Origin: Porticoccaceae bacterium
GTDB taxonomy: Bacteria > Pseudomonadota > Gammaproteobacteria > Pseudomonadales > Porticoccaceae
Length of the DNA: 64,000 bases
Reading direction: 5' to 3'
Assembly: GCA_021773435.1 (NCBI GenBank)
Contig: JAJFKC010000026.1
Coordinates: 40,108-104,107 of the forward strand
Below, piece by piece: positions 16,882 to 26,629 of this stretch. The translations under genes were made by a program, and so were the position numbers. The notes below the pieces were generated by a model, which worked only from the letters and a program-made list of their open reading frames with translations, had not been told where the DNA came from and did no database searches. The first letter of the stretch is position 1. Each line of letters begins with the position of its first letter.

Positions 16882-19800
16882 TTAGGAATCCAGAGCAACT
16901 GAATCTCCCGCTGATTCATCTTCCGGCCTGTGTCGTGCAATCGCTTTACCCGGAAACCGTTTTAGAACCACCACAAAAAATACCGGCACCAGGAAAATCG
17001 CCAACAAAGTGGAGGTGAACATTCCACCAAGCACGCCGGTACCAATGGCATTTTGCCCTGCCGAACCAGCACCCGTACTCAGCGCAAGGGGCAGGACACC
17101 GAGCATAAAAGCAAAAGAGGTCATCAAAATTGGCCGCAGACGCAAGCGTACAGCTTTCAGCGTGGCGTCAACCAGCGGCTCGCCTTCGGCATACAATTCC
17201 CGCGCAAATTCGACGATAAGGATGGCATTTTTTGTCGCCACACCAATGGTCGTCAATACTGCCACCTGGAAGAAAATATCGTTGGCAAGGCCTCGACTAT
17301 AAGCCGCCAGTAAAGCACCAACTACACCCAGAGGCACCACCAGCATCACCACAAAAGGTATCGACCAGCTTTCGTATAAAGCCGCCAGGCAGAGAAATAC
17401 AAATAACATAGATAGGGCATAGAGTATCGAGCCCTGGGCGCTCGAGGAAGTTTCCTGTAAAGAGGCACCGGTCCACTCATAACCAAAACCGGGCGGTAAT
17501 TGAGCAACTATTTCTTCCAGTGCCGCAATGGCATCACCGGTGCTGTAGCCTTGATCGGCCTCGGCAATAATCTCCATAGACGGCATGCCGTTATAGCGCT
17601 CAAGACGAGGCGAGTCCTTGATCCAGTGACCCGAAGCAAAGGCCGAAAACGGCACCATCTCGCCATCGCGATTGCGCACATACCAGTGATCAATGTCCTG
17701 TGGAAGCATGCGGAATTTAGCCTCGCCCTGCACATAGACTTTTTTAACGCGCTTGTTGTGGATGAAATCATTGACATAAGTTGAGGCCCAGGCGGTGCTG
17801 AGTGTCGTATTAATTTCATCCAGAGATAAACCCAGCGCACGAGCTTTGTGCCGGTCGATATCGATTTTAAACTGGGGTCTATCTTCCTGACCGACCGGTC
17901 TAACCCGAGTCAGGCGGGGGTCTTTAGACGCAGCCAACAGCACCTGATTGCGCGCTGCCAATAATTTGGCATGGCCCTGACCGCTGACATCCTTAAGCTG
18001 CAAGTCCACCCCGGTAACTCGACCAAGACTACGAATGGCCGGTGGGTAGGTGACAAATATCCGAGCATCTTTAATGCCCGCCAGAGCGATGGTCGCACGC
18101 CTGGATACGGCCTTAACGTGCTGGGATTCCAGCGGCCTTTGATCCCAGTCATGCATCTTGATGTAACACTCAGCGTTGTTCTGACCGCGTCCGGCAAAGC
18201 TGCGGCCGACCACACAATAAACGGTGGCTACGCTGTCGCCTTCCTCTTCTATCAGATAGCGCTCGACATGCTCCATAACGCCCCGGGTCCGCTCAAAGGT
18301 CGCCCCCACCGGGGTTTGCACAGAGGCCACCAATAGCGCCGGATCGTCAGCCGGAATAAACGCGGTGGGCATGCGGCTAAACATCCACACGACCGCCAGA
18401 ATGATCACACCGTAGAGGACGAAATAGCGAATCACTCGCTGGAGCATCCTGCCCACCTGTGCCTGATACCAGTCAGCTGCTGTGTCGAAGCCCCGGTTAA
18501 ACCAGCCAAAGAAACCACCTTTGCCATGGTGGTGTCCCTCAGCAATGGGCTTTAACATGGCCGCACACAAGGCCGGGGTAAGAATTAATGCTACCAGCAC
18601 AGAGAGCACCATCGCCGTGGCAATGGTCACCGAGAACTGGCGGTAAATAGCCCCGGCAGAACCAGGGAAAAAGGCCATGGGTACAAATACCGCCGACAAC
18701 ACCAGGCCAATTCCAACTAATGCGCTGGTGATTTGACTCATAGATTCTCGCGTCGCGTCGCGAGCTGACAGACCTTTTTTAACCATCAGGCGTTCGGTGT
18801 TTTCTACCACCACGATGGCATCATCAACCAGCAGACCAATAGCCAACACCATGCCAAACATAGATAAGGTATTAATCGAAAAGCCAAGCAGCTGCAAAAC
18901 GCCGAAGGTACCCAGCAAGACAACGGGGATGGCAATAGTCGGGATCAGGGTGGCTCTGAAGTTTTGCATGAACAGGTACATCACCAGGAACACCAGCACG
19001 ACGGCTTCAAATAGTGTCCGGGCCACCTCTAGAATCGACACTTCAACAAAAGGCGTCGTGTCGTAGGCGTTTTCCAGGAGCATGCCCTCTGGCAAATACC
19101 CAACCAATTCGGTCAATTTTTTATTTATCGCTGCCGCTGTTTCAAGGGCATTGGCACCGGTGGCCTGGCGAACCGAAATGCCCATGGTCGGCTTGCCACG
19201 GAAATGACTCAGCAGCTGATAATCATTACCGCCGATTTCAATTCTTGCGACATCGCGTAAATGCACAGACGAGCCATCGGGCTTAACCCGTAGCAAGATA
19301 TCACCGAATTGTTCCGGCGTTTCGAGTAGTGTTTGCGCCACGATGGTGGCATTTAACTGCTGACCGGGCAGGGCCGGCCCACCGCCTAATTCACCTGCGG
19401 AAATTTGCGCATTCTCAGAACGGATCGCCTTATTCACGTCGCCCGGAGTAATCTGGAAACTGTTTAATTTATCCGCGTCCAGCCAGATACGCATGGCATA
19501 TTCTGCGCCCAGCAGCTGCACCTCACCGACGCCGTTAATACGGCTGATCGGCTCGATAATATGAGACGCCATGTAATCACCCAGGTCATAGCGATCATAG
19601 TGCGAGTCCGGCGAACTCAGGGCGATCACCATCATCACCCCAGTCGCCGCTTTGTTGACCTTGATACCCTGGTCTCGCACAGCCTGGGGTAACTGGGGCA
19701 AAGCCCGTTGCAGTTTGTTCTGTACCTGCATCTGGGCGATATCGGGATTGGTACCAGGCAAAAACGTCAACCGCACCTCGCCGCGACCGGAGGAATCACT

Positions 19801-20043
19801 GTTCGAGGACATATACAGCATGTTATCGATGCCGATCATGTTCTGCTCGATAACCTGAATCACCGTGTTCTGTACGGTTTCCGCCGAGGCACCGGGGTTA
19901 ACGGCATTGATGGTCACCGCCGGCGGCGCGACTTCTGGATATTGCTCGACCGGCAACTGAGTGATGGAAACCGCGCCGATTATCATCACAATCAATGCGA
20001 TAACAATGGCGAAAATAGGCCTGTCGATAAAATAGTCAGACAT
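16882..20043 (-). CDS. RND multidrug efflux permease (AcrB/MexB family, HAE1)
   Basis: 1053 aa. [13 protein letters not shown] start, 12-TM layout and conserved [13 protein letters not shown] motif. Confidence 0.95.
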   Translation of the reverse strand: MSDYFIDRPIFAIVIALIVMIIGAVSITQLPVEQYPEVAPPAVTINAVNPGASAETVQNTVIQVIEQNMIGIDNMLYMSSNSDSSGRGEVRLTFLPGTNPDIAQMQVQNKLQRALPQLPQAVRDQGIKVNKAATGVMMVIALSSPDSHYDRYDLGDYMASHIIEPISRINGVGEVQLLGAEYAMRIWLDADKLNSFQITPGDVNKAIRSENAQISAGELGGGPALPGQQLNATIVAQTLLETPEQFGDILLRVKPDGSSVHLRDVARIEIGGNDYQLLSHFRGKPTMGISVRQATGANALETAAAINKKLTELVGYLPEGMLLENAYDTTPFVEVSILEVARTLFEAVVLVFLVMYLFMQNFRATLIPTIAIPVVLLGTFGVLQLLGFSINTLSMFGMVLAIGLLVDDAIVVVENTERLMVKKGLSARDATRESMSQITSALVGIGLVLSAVFVPMAFFPGSAGAIYRQFSVTIATAMVLSVLVALILTPALCAAMLKPIAEGHHHGKGGFFGWFNRGFDTAADWYQAQVGRMLQRVIRYFVLYGVIILAVVWMFSRMPTAFIPADDPALLVASVQTPVGATFERTRGVMEHVERYLIEEEGDSVATVYCVVGRSFAGRGQNNAECYIKMHDWDQRPLESQHVKAVSRRATIALAGIKDARIFVTYPPAIRSLGRVTGVDLQLKDVSGQGHAKLLAARNQVLLAASKDPRLTRVRPVGQEDRPQFKIDIDRHKARALGLSLDEINTTLSTAWASTYVNDFIHNKRVKKVYVQGEAKFRMLPQDIDHWYVRNRDGEMVPFSAFASGHWIKDSPRLERYNGMPSMEIIAEADQGYSTGDAIAALEEIVAQLPPGFGYEWTGASLQETSSSAQGSILYALSMLFVFLCLAALYESWSIPFVVMLVVPLGVVGALLAAYSRGLANDIFFQVAVLTTIGVATKNAILIVEFARELYAEGEPLVDATLKAVRLRLRPILMTSFAFMLGVLPLALSTGAGSAGQNAIGTGVLGGMFTSTLLAIFLVPVFFVVVLKRFPGKAIARHRPEDESAGDSVALDS

Positions 20044-20054
20044 GGGTCACAATC

Positions 20055-21203
20055 CTATTCGTCTTCCGCTTTACTAGTTTTAACGGGGCTAACTTCCATG
20101 CCGACTCTTATTTTCTGCAGGCCTTCGACAATCACGCGATCACCTTCATTTAGACCAGACAGAATTAACCACTGATCACCGATGGCTTGAGCGGTTTCGA
20201 CCTCGCGACGTTCGACCACGCTGCCCTCACCGACCACCATGGCCGTAGGCGTTCCCGAATAATCAAAAGTGATGCCACGCTGAGGTGCCAGAATACTGGC
20301 CTTTCTGATGCCCTGATCCAAGTGGGCGCGGACAAACATACCCGGCAATAAAAGGTGATCCGGGTTTGGAATCACACCACGTAAATTCACCGACGAGGTA
20401 CTTTCATCGACATTCACTTCGGCAAATTTCAGCGTGCCAGTGTGTTCATACTCGGAGCCGTCATTCAGGGATAAACGCAGCGTCATCTCCTCGGTGGAGC
20501 GCACTAGCCGCCCTGAGGCCTGCTCGCGTTTTAGCCTTAACATTTCGGTACTGGATTGGGTGATATCAACTACTACCGGATCTATTTGCCTGATCACCGC
20601 CACTTCGTTTTCCTGCTCGGCTTCCATCAGGGCACCTTCGGTAATTAGTGACCTACCGATACGGCCCGCAATCGGCGCAACAATGCGTGTATAACCGAGA
20701 TCGACATTGGCTGATATAAGACCCGCCTGGGCAGCGGCGACACCGGCCTCAGCCTCCATAAGCTCAGCATTGGCGAAATCATAATCCTCCTGACTGACCA
20801 CTTTGGTGTTGATCAATCGCGCAAGTCGCTGTTCCCGCAACTGAGCTTTGGTACGCACCGCCTCGCTGCGGGACAGTTCGGCTTTGGCGCTCTCGACGCT
20901 TGCACGGTACAACGCGTCTGCAATTTGATAGAGCTGCTGCCCTGCCTCCACATGGCTGCCTTCAACAAACAGCAATTTTTCGACAATACCACCCACCTGG
21001 GGGCGCACCTCAGCCACTCGTCGCGGCGCTATCCGACCGGGTAACTCAATATCCATAGCGATATCGGTGAGTCCGATCTCAACGACCACCACCTGGGGAA
21101 TACGGGCACCAGCAGGGGCAACAGATTTTTCACCACACCCGACTAGCGACACCGCCAGACCAAGCGCGACAAGCGGCCCAAATAAAACGCGGGGACCGTT
21201 CAT
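20055..21203 (-). CDS. RND efflux periplasmic adaptor (membrane fusion protein, AcrA/MexA family)
   Basis: A lipoprotein-like signal (LAVSLVGCG), then coiled-coil hairpin and beta-barrel segments. Lies 11 nt upstream of the RND permease gene. The ATG at 21203 is preferred over the track start at 21218. Confidence 0.9.
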   Translation of the reverse strand: MNGPRVLFGPLVALGLAVSLVGCGEKSVAPAGARIPQVVVVEIGLTDIAMDIELPGRIAPRRVAEVRPQVGGIVEKLLFVEGSHVEAGQQLYQIADALYRASVESAKAELSRSEAVRTKAQLREQRLARLINTKVVSQEDYDFANAELMEAEAGVAAAQAGLISANVDLGYTRIVAPIAGRIGRSLITEGALMEAEQENEVAVIRQIDPVVVDITQSSTEMLRLKREQASGRLVRSTEEMTLRLSLNDGSEYEHTGTLKFAEVNVDESTSSVNLRGVIPNPDHLLLPGMFVRAHLDQGIRKASILAPQRGITFDYSGTPTAMVVGEGSVVERREVETAQAIGDQWLILSGLNEGDRVIVEGLQKIRVGMEVSPVKTSKAEDE

Positions 21204-21552
21204 AAAAACACTCCTCAAGATATTGCCTAAGCAACCGTAGCTGGTCGCTTAAAGAAAAAGATTATTAATAGCAAAATACAACGCGGGGAACAGCCAGATT
21301 TAAAACCCATTGACCGATTCGATAAAGCGCCAAAATATAGCCTAAATAGCGATGACAAACTACAGATACTTTTTTAAAGGACTCAGTTTCACCACTGCCA
21401 TGAACCGGAATACCGATACCGAACACGCTGATCGTGTAAACTGAGCCGATGCATAATACCATCACGCCAGGCCTGTTTTTCATTGCCCAAAGGCCCCAAC
21501 TTGTTACCAGTCCTCTTGCCAAACCCGCTGCCACGAATCCCGCTCGCTACCG

Positions 21553-22143
21553 ATGAGCACGCCTCTGATTATCGCCATAACCGGCGCAACTGGAATCATC
21601 TACGGCATCCGTTTACTGGAAGTACTAGCCTCGCTCAAACATATTGAAACCCACCTGCTGATATCACCCGCCGGGGCGCTCACCATTCAGCACGAAAGTG
21701 ATCATAGTAAAGCGCAGATTGAGGCCCTGGCCGATGTCGTTCATCACCACCGCGATATATCCGCGTCTATCTCAAGCGGATCTTTTGTAACCGCTGGGAT
21801 GATCATCGCGCCCTGTTCTATGAATACCCTGGCTGCGATTGCCGCTGGGCTGGACAACAATCTGATCTCCCGAGCCGCCAGCGTTACGCTCAAAGAGCGC
21901 CGCAAATTGGTGCTGCTGACCCGCGAAACACCGCTGCACCTGATGCATCTGCGCAATATGGCCACAGTCACTGAAATGGGCGGGATTATTGCACCGCCAG
22001 TGCCGTCGTTTTACAACGCGCCGACCAGTATTACCGATATCATCGATCAGACCGTGGGGCGAAGCCTTGACTACCTTAATATTGAATCAACGCTGGTTAA
22101 GCGTTGGCAGGGGCTACCGGGGTCAGACGGTAACCAAGCGTAG
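21553..22143 (+). CDS. ubiX: Flavin prenyltransferase UbiX
   Basis: [20 protein letters not shown]...[14 protein letters not shown]...[15 protein letters not shown]. Confidence 0.9.
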   Translation: MSTPLIIAITGATGIIYGIRLLEVLASLKHIETHLLISPAGALTIQHESDHSKAQIEALADVVHHHRDISASISSGSFVTAGMIIAPCSMNTLAAIAAGLDNNLISRAASVTLKERRKLVLLTRETPLHLMHLRNMATVTEMGGIIAPPVPSFYNAPTSITDIIDQTVGRSLDYLNIESTLVKRWQGLPGSDGNQA

Positions 22144-22205
22144 TCACTACCGGTTGGTCATGTAGCTAATGCCCTGCTTTGGAATCGGTGCCGTTAAAGC
22201 GATTT

Positions 22206-22273
22206 CCGTAAACTTATGTCCATAAACCTATGCCCGTAAACCTATGTCCGTAAAACCTATGTCCGTAAAACTC
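22206..22273. repeat. About 4.5 imperfect tandem copies of a 14-15-nt unit (CCGTAAACCTATGT) just upstream of the MFS gene
   Basis: Read directly: ccgtaaacttatgt ccataaacctatgc ccgtaaacctatgt ccgtaaaacctatgt ccgtaaaactc. It ends 27 nt before the ATG at 22301. Confidence 0.85.
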
Positions 22274-22300
22274 AGATCCTTAAATTTCCACACCTAAAAC

Positions 22301-23914
22301 ATGCCTTCTAGCAATAGCGTTTGGTCACCCCTGAAAATTCCGCTCTACCAAGCCATGTGGATCGCCATTACGGCTTCCAATATCGGTACCTGGATGAACG
22401 AAGTGGGCGTTACCTGGATGATGGCCAGCCTCGCATCGTCAAATATCATGTTAGCGTTGATTCAAACGGCGACCACTTTACCTTTTCTGCTGCTCTCCTA
22501 CCCTGCTGGTGCCTTCGCGGATATTTTTAATCGGCGCAGGATGCTACTTGTGCTGCATATCTGGATGCTGGCTTCGGCCGCAGTCCTCACTGTGCTGACC
22601 TTTAAAGGTCTCACCACAGAATGGTGGTTGCTGATATTGACTTTCACTCTGGCTGCTGGAAACGCCATGATGCGGCCAGCATTTTCAGCCTGTATTCCAT
22701 CTTTTGTGCCGAAAGATGAATTACATAACGCAGTGACTTTAAACTCTTTAAGCACCAATGCCAGTAAAGCGGTTGGCCCGGCCATCGGTGGATTGATTAT
22801 TGCTTTTTCCGGCGCCTATATGGTGTTCGCTCTCAACGCTATCTCGTTTGTGGTGATCACCACGATTCTTTATTTGCGCTTTCCAAAAACCATCGGTGTG
22901 CAAAGCCTGTTACCCCCGGAACGGTTCAACAAAGCGCTCAAAAATGGGCTGACCTATACCCTGCATGATGCCGATCTGCGGGTGGTGATGATTCGATCGA
23001 TCGTATTCTTTCTGTTTGCCAGTGCTTTCTGGTCCTTGATGCCCGCATTATTAATTCGCAACTATAATGCCAGCGCACAAACTTATGGCATCTTCATGGC
23101 GCTCACAGGTGTTGGCTCCGTCGCCGGGGCAATGGTGATGCCTCGGCTATACAAGCAGTGGTCGCGAAACCGTTTATTCACCCAGACCTCAGGCCTGTTC
23201 GGCTGCGGCCTACTGTTATTGGCCTGGGCAGACCAACTGTGGACGGTAAGCCTGATCGCCATTTTCCTGGGCTTTGCCTGGATCACCAGCTTCTCGGTGC
23301 TGATTGTCACCTGCCAACTCACGGTGCCAGACTGGGTGCGCGCTCGCGCCATCGCCATCCTGATGCTGACCTTTGGTATCAGTGCCGCACCCGCCAGTGC
23401 GGCCTGGGGCTATTTCGCGGATGAATGGGGAATTACCACGAGCATCGCGCTGGCCGGGCTAGGCACTTTAGCTGCCATGATATTTGGCCGTTGGCTGCCC
23501 CTGAGTAGCAAAACCCGAGACAATACACTGGCAACTCACACCGAGAGTCTGCCAGAAAACAATCTTGAGCCCTCTGAAGGGCCGGTGACCGTTACCCGAG
23601 CCTACCAAGTAGACGCATCAAACTGGGGCACGTTTCGTCGTTTAATGAAGGATATAAAATCCGTTCGCAAACGTAACGGGGCTTTAGCCTGGCGGCTTCA
23701 CGAAGAACCCGAGGGGCACTTCTTAGAAACCGTAATCATAGAAAACTGGCTGGACTATTTACGCCAAAGAGAGCGTATGACGGTTGATGACCGAGACCTC
23801 GAAGAAAAAATCGCCCTGTTAAACAGGGATCAACTACCACCGCTAATGGAACACACACTTACCTCAACGCTAGCAGAATCAGATCGCAACCCAAAGCCAG
23901 CGGGGACTAGTTAA
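22301..23914 (+). CDS. MFS transporter (EntS/MFS_3-like) with a soluble C-terminal extension of about 130 aa
   Basis: Twelve hydrophobic segments, then a hydrophilic tail (…VTVTRAYQVDASNWGTFRRLMKDIKSVRKRNGALAWRLHEEPEG…ENWLDYLRQRERMT…). Confidence 0.85.
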   Translation: MPSSNSVWSPLKIPLYQAMWIAITASNIGTWMNEVGVTWMMASLASSNIMLALIQTATTLPFLLLSYPAGAFADIFNRRRMLLVLHIWMLASAAVLTVLTFKGLTTEWWLLILTFTLAAGNAMMRPAFSACIPSFVPKDELHNAVTLNSLSTNASKAVGPAIGGLIIAFSGAYMVFALNAISFVVITTILYLRFPKTIGVQSLLPPERFNKALKNGLTYTLHDADLRVVMIRSIVFFLFASAFWSLMPALLIRNYNASAQTYGIFMALTGVGSVAGAMVMPRLYKQWSRNRLFTQTSGLFGCGLLLLAWADQLWTVSLIAIFLGFAWITSFSVLIVTCQLTVPDWVRARAIAILMLTFGISAAPASAAWGYFADEWGITTSIALAGLGTLAAMIFGRWLPLSSKTRDNTLATHTESLPENNLEPSEGPVTVTRAYQVDASNWGTFRRLMKDIKSVRKRNGALAWRLHEEPEGHFLETVIIENWLDYLRQRERMTVDDRDLEEKIALLNRDQLPPLMEHTLTSTLAESDRNPKPAGTS

Positions 23915-23983
23915 GGTCATCGAAATAATGGTAGGGCGAAAAAGAAAGAATAAGCGCGGTTAAAATTATCGAAAAACAAAAAA

Positions 23984-24008
23984 CCCCCTGTTATTCAGGG
24001 CTTTTATT
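23984..24008. terminator. Weak hairpin plus T-tract between the convergent MFS and thiolase genes
   Basis: CCCTG-TTATT-CAGGG followed by CTTTTATT and preceded by an A-run. The stem is only 5 bp. Confidence 0.3.
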
Positions 24009-24089
24009 AAACGCCACAAACACGCTAAAACAGCGCCGAGCGTTAATACAAAGTACTACAACAATTCAAACGCAACAACAATTCAACCG

Positions 24090-25268
24090 CTACAATAATT
24101 CAACCGCTACAGCAGTCGCTTCACCACCGCCAATACAAAGGCTCGCTACACCTTTTTTCTTACCATAGGTTTGCAAGGCAGAGAGCAAGGTGACAATAAT
24201 TCTTGCGCCGCTGGTGCCGAGTGGGTGACCTAAAGCACAGGCACCGCCGTGTACATTAACCTTTTCGTGGGGCAAGTCTAATTCGCGCATTGCTGCCAGC
24301 GCGACTACGGCAAAGGCTTCGTTGATTTCAAATAAATCGACATCATCAACCGACCAGCCGGTTTTCTCGAAAAGCTTTTTCATCGCGCCGACTGGCGCTG
24401 TGGTAAACCATTCGGGCTCCTGAGCGAACTGAGTATAACCTCGAATGGCAGCTATCGGCGTCAGGCCTTTGGCATCAGCAACGCTTTGACGAGTCAACAC
24501 CAGCGCGGCCGCGCCATCGGAAATAGAACTTGAATTAGCCGCCGTCACCGTGCCATTTTCGCGAAATGCGGGGCCAAGATTGGGTATTTTTTCAGGTTTG
24601 GCATTACCGGGCTGCTCATCAGTATCGACGACGGTTTCAGATTTTCGACCCTTTATCGTGACCGGTTCGATCTCTTCTTTGAAACTTCCATCGGCAATCG
24701 CCTGATTGGCTCGCCGCAAAGATTCCAGAGCATAGGCGTCTTGTTCTTCTCTGGTAAACTCGTATTTATCGGCACATTGTTCTGCAAATGCGCCCATCAA
24801 TTCGCCAGTGTAGGCATCCTGTAGCCCATCGATGTACATGTGATCAAGCATTTCTCCGTGACCAATTCGATAACCACTGCGGGCTTTATTCAAAATATAA
24901 GGCGCGTTACTCATGCTTTCCATGCCACCAGCTATAACCACATCAGACTGACCGGAACCAATCGCGTCGCATGCCATCATCACCGTTTTCATGCCCGAAC
25001 CACACATTTTATTCACCGTAGTCGTACCGACGCCGACGGGCAAATCCGCACCCAGTGCAGCTTGTCTGGCCGGGGACTGACCGATACCCGCTGGTAATAC
25101 GCAACCCATCAACACTTCATCAACGGCTTCATTATCAACGCCAGCTCTCCGTAAGGCTGCGGAAATTGCCGCAGAACCCATTTGTGGTGCGGGCATTTCA
25201 GACAGAGCACCCATCATTCCACCCATGGGCGTGCGCGCATATCCGCAAATTACCAGTTGATCACTCAT
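24090..25268 (-). CDS. Acetyl-CoA C-acetyltransferase (thiolase II)
   Basis: The catalytic Cys context VNKMCGSGMK, NEAFA, GGACALGHPLGTSG and CIGGGEA are all present. Confidence 0.95.
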   Translation of the reverse strand: MSDQLVICGYARTPMGGMMGALSEMPAPQMGSAAISAALRRAGVDNEAVDEVLMGCVLPAGIGQSPARQAALGADLPVGVGTTTVNKMCGSGMKTVMMACDAIGSGQSDVVIAGGMESMSNAPYILNKARSGYRIGHGEMLDHMYIDGLQDAYTGELMGAFAEQCADKYEFTREEQDAYALESLRRANQAIADGSFKEEIEPVTIKGRKSETVVDTDEQPGNAKPEKIPNLGPAFRENGTVTAANSSSISDGAAALVLTRQSVADAKGLTPIAAIRGYTQFAQEPEWFTTAPVGAMKKLFEKTGWSVDDVDLFEINEAFAVVALAAMRELDLPHEKVNVHGGACALGHPLGTSGARIIVTLLSALQTYGKKKGVASLCIGGGEATAVAVELL

Positions 25269-25355
25269 GTTTATCTCCAGTATTTATTAACAACCACTAC
25301 TGCCTGTTTAATTTAATCTCTATACCGCCTTTGATCTTAAACCTGATTTTTTAAT

Positions 25356-25754
25356 CTACTTGACCACTCGCAACCCTGGTTTACCATCGGTAGGTCGTGC
25401 TCCGGGTTTTCGTTGTCCATCACCTGGTGGAACAGGTTCAGGAGGATCCTCCGGCTGAAAAACCATACCCTGGCCATTTTCCTGAGCGTAGATACCCATG
25501 ACCGCGTGGACAGGGACATAAATATCGGTAGGCACGCCGCCAAAGCGGGCATTAAATTCTATGCGCTCGTTATCCATTTCAAAGTTGAGCACAGCGCGCG
25601 GCGCGATATTCAGGACAATCTGGCCATCGTTGACATAATTCTGAGGAACCTCCACGCCGACGGCCATCGCATTTACCGATATGTAAGGCGTTAGCTGGTT
25701 GTCCACAATCCAGTCAAAGAAAGCCCGGATCAAATAGGGTCGATTCGAGGTCAT
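25356..25754 (-). CDS. sspB: ClpXP specificity-enhancing factor SspB
   Basis: MTSNRPYLIRAFFDWIVDNQLTPYI... with an acidic/Pro-rich tail ending in LRVVK. Lies downstream of sspA. Confidence 0.9.
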   Translation of the reverse strand: MTSNRPYLIRAFFDWIVDNQLTPYISVNAMAVGVEVPQNYVNDGQIVLNIAPRAVLNFEMDNERIEFNARFGGVPTDIYVPVHAVMGIYAQENGQGMVFQPEDPPEPVPPGDGQRKPGARPTDGKPGLRVVK

Positions 25755-25921
25755 TGCCATCCTGTCTACCCATGCATTTTTTAAATTGCTCAAAACCTGT
25801 TACGACAAAGGATTTGTTTCAATCTGTTAGTCTAGCAGCCCTGAGCATATTGACAGCCTTGAGCGTATTAACAGCCTGAGCCAAAACAATCACAACGTGA
25901 TCTAAACCCGTTTCAAACCTG

Positions 25922-26548
25922 TCAAACATGCATTTCACGTTCTGCCTCGGTGAGACTTTCTCTGAAGCCAGGTCGCTCAAACAGGCGCTGCATATAGGCT
26001 AATAGAGGCTTGGCCTGTTTAGTATTTGGTAATTTTACACCCAGCGGATCGAGACGCCATAACAGGGGCGCAAGGCAACAATCAACCAGGGTAAACTCGT
26101 CGTGCATAAAGTATGGCTGCTCTGCAAACACGGGAGCGATACCCAACAAACTATCGCGGAGTTCCTTACGTGCAGCGTCGGCTCCCTTGCCACCGTCCTG
26201 AATGATCTCTATCTTATCGCACCAGTCGCGCTCAATCCGATGCATAAACTGGCGGTGCTGAGCTCGCGAGACAGGATAAACCGGCAACAATGGCGGATGC
26301 GGAAAACGCTCATCAAGGTATTCCATCATCACCTTAGATTCATAGAGGGATAAGTCACGATCCACCAGCGTCGGCACCGAACCATAGGGATTAAGGTCTG
26401 ATAATTCCTCAGGAATCACCGACGGATCGATGTTTTCAATCTCGACGGTGACACCTTTTTCTGCGAGGACAATACGAACCCGGTGGCAATAATGGCACGC
26501 CGGATCCGAAAACAATGTCATTGATGATCGTTTTGAAACTATCCCCAT
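25922..26548 (-). CDS. sspA: Stringent starvation protein A
   Basis: MTLFSDPACHYCHRVRIVLAEKGV... has a GST-like fold. Conserved position after the bc1 genes. The start at 26548 (MGIVSKRSSMTLF) is preferred. Confidence 0.9.
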   Translation of the reverse strand: MGIVSKRSSMTLFSDPACHYCHRVRIVLAEKGVTVEIENIDPSVIPEELSDLNPYGSVPTLVDRDLSLYESKVMMEYLDERFPHPPLLPVYPVSRAQHRQFMHRIERDWCDKIEIIQDGGKGADAARKELRDSLLGIAPVFAEQPYFMHDEFTLVDCCLAPLLWRLDPLGVKLPNTKQAKPLLAYMQRLFERPGFRESLTEAEREMHV

Positions 26549-26629
26549 GGGAGGCACCTGTTGATTACGAACGGTTTTTTGTGGACAACTAATAAATTTG
26601 CGGTTTGTTTGCACGGAAAAGCGGAACCG

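Noticed and set aside
21265-21534. 89-aa ORF between the RND adaptor gene and ubiX
   Set aside because: It has no RBS, no family resemblance and odd composition. It is most likely a spurious ORF in a promoter region.
22206-22273. CRISPR array (also considered for 61226-61308)
   Set aside because: The units are 14-15 nt and 7 nt, directly abutting with no unique spacers. No cas genes are present in the window.
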